DNA of 64,000 bases from Paramoeba atlantica (lineage: Eukaryota > Protista > Discosea), in NCBI GenBank assembly GCA_977017575.1, contig CDRNVI010000024.1, positions 124,001 through 188,000 on the forward strand. Direction: 5' to 3'. Below the pieces are notes generated by a model, which saw nothing but the letters and a program-made list of their open reading frames with translations, was not told where the DNA came from and did not search any database. This document shows positions 61,014-64,000 of this stretch, in pieces (positions within the stretch are counted from its first letter, which is position 1; each line of letters begins with the position of its first letter). A program made the position numbers and the translations under genes.

Positions 61014-62252
61014 TTATATTTTAGACTTTGATTCCGTACGTAGAATGACATCGTTCATTGCTCGGGCAACACGAGCAACGTTTCCTTCATTCAATCCCGC
61101 CACAGATATACGAGCTTGTTGAGTCAAGTAGATGTGATGGTTTTCTACAAGATCCGTACACTGTGCTGGCGTAAGCCCCAAGTAGGAAAACATCCCGATT
61201 TGATCTGTAATGTGATTCCATGACCCAGGTGTCCCCAATTTTTCGAGCTCACGCCGAAGTGCCTCTCGCATGCTTCGAATACGGTTCGCCATGGACTGCA
61301 GCTCCGTGACCCATTTCGCGCGAAGCGTTTCGTTTCCCAAAATTTCCGTCACAATCATGGCCCCGTGTCGCGGAGGGTTACTGTAGGACGCACGTACCAA
61401 CCCCTTTAACTGCGTCCCCACCGCCTGAACCGTGGCCTCATCCGGACACACCACACTTAAACACCCCACACGCTCTCCATACAACCCCATATTCTTCGCA
61501 AACGACTGCGCCACCAGGAACTTCAAATCCTGCTCCATAAAAATCCGCACCGGTGTGGCATCCGCTTCCAGGTCCCCACTCGCGTACCCCTGGTACGCGC
61601 TATCCATCAGGACCGCAATATCCTCCCGTGCGCGCAGCGCCTTCGCCAGTACCCCCCACTGGGCCTTCGAGAGGTCCGCGCCCGTGGGGTTATGCGCGGC
61701 GACTTGCAACACCACAATGGCGCCCCGGGGCATTTGGTTCACATCCTCCAGAAGCCCTTCGAAATCCACCCCGCGGGTTTTGGCATCAAAGTAGCGGTAG
61801 GCGTTTCGGCAGTTCGTGTACCCGGCGTGGGCAAAAATATTCATGTGGTTCGGCCAGGTGGGGGCGCTGCAGTAGACTGGGCTGTCGCGCCCTTTGAAGG
61901 TGGCCAGGAACTCCGCGGCGAGACGAAGCGCCCCGGTGCCGGAGAGGGTCTGGGAGCGCGCGATGCGACCCAGGGGGGCGGCGGGGCCGTAGAGCAGCTG
62001 GACGGCGAGAGCGGTGAAGTTCGCGTACCCGTCGCTTTGGAGGTACTCCTTGGGGTGGGCGTTGGCGAGAAGGCGTTTCTCGGCCTCGTGGACGACGTTA
62101 AGGAGGTAGGGGCGGCCGTTGGCGTCGCGGTAGGCTCCGATGCCGAGGTCGACTTTGTGGGGGGTGGGGTCCTCGGTGAAACGACGGGCGAGGGCGAAGA
62201 TGGCATCGACGGGGATGGTGGGGACGGGGGCTTTGAGGTAGGGGAGAGACAT
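61014..62252 (-). CDS. ASAT: Aspartate aminotransferase
   Basis: KVDLGIGAYRD, SQTLSGTGAL, AHNPTG, DSAYQGYASG, SFAKNMGLYGERVG, SNPP, RISVAGL. Start MSLPYL at 62252; ends -SKI. Confidence 0.96.
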   Translation of the reverse strand: MSLPYLKAPVPTIPVDAIFALARRFTEDPTPHKVDLGIGAYRDANGRPYLLNVVHEAEKRLLANAHPKEYLQSDGYANFTALAVQLLYGPAAPLGRIARSQTLSGTGALRLAAEFLATFKGRDSPVYCSAPTWPNHMNIFAHAGYTNCRNAYRYFDAKTRGVDFEGLLEDVNQMPRGAIVVLQVAAHNPTGADLSKAQWGVLAKALRAREDIAVLMDSAYQGYASGDLEADATPVRIFMEQDLKFLVAQSFAKNMGLYGERVGCLSVVCPDEATVQAVGTQLKGLVRASYSNPPRHGAMIVTEILGNETLRAKWVTELQSMANRIRSMREALRRELEKLGTPGSWNHITDQIGMFSYLGLTPAQCTDLVENHHIYLTQQARISVAGLNEGNVARVARAMNDVILRTESKSKI

Positions 62253-62423
62253 GGGGGGTTGGGGGTGGTTTGTAGGGGGAAGGAGAGTGATTTTGGAAAG
62301 GTAAAGATAAAAGAAGTCGGTGGATGGGAGACTCACGACCTGAATCGTCTTCGGGCAGAAACCCTTTCTTTTCTAAACTTTATAGTTATGAAACAACTTA
62401 AATGTGCACACTTCCGCCACTCT

Positions 62424-63377
62424 TCATATTCCTTGCCTCTTAATCACCTTCAAATCATGAAGTAAATTTTGAACGTTCGGTCTCTGCGTTGGTTCCGGAT
62501 GAAGCATCCGAGCAATGACACCGTCTAAAGAGCCATTGCCGGTACTATGAAAGTCTTGAATTTTGGTATTCAGCTTATCACGAAGAGACGTAAGGGAATC
62601 AGCCCGGTGCACAAAATAGGGATGCGTTCCATAAAGAGCAATGTAAGTCAATACTCCTAATGCATAAATGTCGGCCTGAGAGTATTCTTCGAGCGATAAG
62701 AATGTCTTGCCGAAACCGAGCGCCTGATTCACACGTTCACTACTTAGAAAGAGGGGAGAACCTGAGGCAACATTATCAGATTCACTACAAGGTATCTTGA
62801 CCTCTTCGGCCCGATTTTGAGTGTTGTCGACAAAGGCTGAGCCGAAATCAATGAGCTTGACCTCATTAATGGTCTCGTCAAACATAACATTCTCCAGACG
62901 TATATCACGATGTGCTATGCCAAGATGGTGAAGATGTAATAGTACCTCTGTTAAGGGACAAAGCACGTAAGTGACGAAAAAGGAAACATTTCGCAGGGGT
63001 GAAGTGGAATCCATGAGGTGACTCAGTAGCGTTTTACCTTCGACCCACTTCATGGAAATGTAGCCATGTGAGTGGGTCCGATAGGCTTCTATGTAGTGCA
63101 CAATTTTTGGATGTGATACTTTGCGCAGCACCGCAACTTCAGTGAGGAACGTTTTCCATTGTAGACACCCTACTGGGGTAATGGAGCCCGCCTTTGGTGG
63201 AGGAAGATCTGATTTTTTAAGGGCACGTAAACCGTCCTTAGACCTCCATAAGGTGGCGAAAGTACCTTCCGCGATCAAAAGTTCCGTTGAGTCCCCACGA
63301 GTACGCATCGGGATACCGCGCAAAAGCTGGGTCATCACCTTTTTACAATCAGTCAATTCGTCATCTTCAAAGCACAT
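62424..63377 (-). CDS. Ser/Thr protein kinase
   Basis: IAEGTFATLW, ALK, HRDIRLEN, DFG, GSPLFLSSE, DIYALG. Confidence 0.88.
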   Translation of the reverse strand: MCFEDDELTDCKKVMTQLLRGIPMRTRGDSTELLIAEGTFATLWRSKDGLRALKKSDLPPPKAGSITPVGCLQWKTFLTEVAVLRKVSHPKIVHYIEAYRTHSHGYISMKWVEGKTLLSHLMDSTSPLRNVSFFVTYVLCPLTEVLLHLHHLGIAHRDIRLENVMFDETINEVKLIDFGSAFVDNTQNRAEEVKIPCSESDNVASGSPLFLSSERVNQALGFGKTFLSLEEYSQADIYALGVLTYIALYGTHPYFVHRADSLTSLRDKLNTKIQDFHSTGNGSLDGVIARMLHPEPTQRPNVQNLLHDLKVIKRQGI

Positions 63378-63588
63378 TAAAAAATAATTTGACGAAGAAT
63401 TAACTATTTTAATTAGAATTGGGATGACCTCGAAAAGTAACTGATTTACACTAGAACTTGGTAAGCGTAGCCAGCCAATCTAGTGCACACGTTTTCCTGA
63501 GACTAGAGTATTCGTTTCTTTTTCAAGAACAAAAATTTCTTTTCAAGTACAAAAGAAATCGTGGCGCAAAATTCGCTGGACAAAGGTT

Positions 63589-64000
63589 TTAGAAGATGGC
63601 ATATCCCGTTCCGTTGGCAGAAGCAGCAATAATTTTAACTATTTTAATTGCAAATACAATATTAAATATTTGCATAGCACATGCCAATATCTTCAACAAA
63701 ATGCTCACGTAAGATTGCGTGATAACGTGATATACAAGCAAAGGAACAAAGATCAGACGTAGCAGTAAGAAGGAAAGAGCAAACACTCGCTCACATGCCC
63801 AATTGACCCATGTCACTCGCTTTTTGTCGTGGTGAAAAATCCACATTGTGTGATAAAAAGGATTGGAGGCTTCCATTAGCAAAAGTCCCATATTCAGCTC
63901 CCATCCCGACATCCCAGAAAAAACCGAGTCCAAGAGCGCCACTGCTGACACAACATGATGTATGAGAAAATGGCACTCCGAAAAACCGTAAACGTATGAG
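63589..64000 (-). CDS. TLC-domain membrane protein, 5' end outside window
   Basis: Frame is open to the window edge: FLIHHVVS...LLMEASNPFYH...FLLLRL. Confidence 0.75.
   Translation of the reverse strand, partial: SYVYGFSECHFLIHHVVSAVALLDSVFSGMSGWELNMGLLLMEASNPFYHTMWIFHHDKKRVTWVNWACERVFALSFLLLRLIFVPLLVYHVITQSYVSILLKILACAMQIFNIVFAIKIVKIIAASANGTGYAIF

Overview
Eukaryotic, intron-free, gene-dense DNA in which essentially all ~38 credible CDSs lie on the minus strand. This is the layout of a kinetoplastid polycistronic gene cluster. The gene content also fits: bacterial-type cardiolipin synthase, PPR proteins, a Tc38/p38-like protein, PEX6/PEX11/PEX13 and short signal-less LRR proteins. The compact spacing suggests a Perkinsela-like prokinetoplastid (inference). 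Most genes are housekeeping: mitochondrial biogenesis, lipid synthesis, glycosome biogenesis, splicing and proteasome. Four things are not explained by the gene list. (1) Recurrent GC-rich islands in which the + strand flips from C/A-rich to G/T-rich. They fall inside genes and even change synonymous codon choice, making them origin- or bidirectional-initiation-like. (2) A ~1 kb Pol III-type ncRNA island at 16.6-17.15 kb with a scrambled tRNA-Met carrying two opposed B boxes and strongly structured flanks. (3) A nest of MITE-like inverted-repeat elements at 29.9-34.2 kb, although class II transposons are not expected in trypanosomatid-like genomes. (4) Several enzymes or channels with altered catalytic or targeting motifs. 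No database searches were run; all family calls come from motif recognition.
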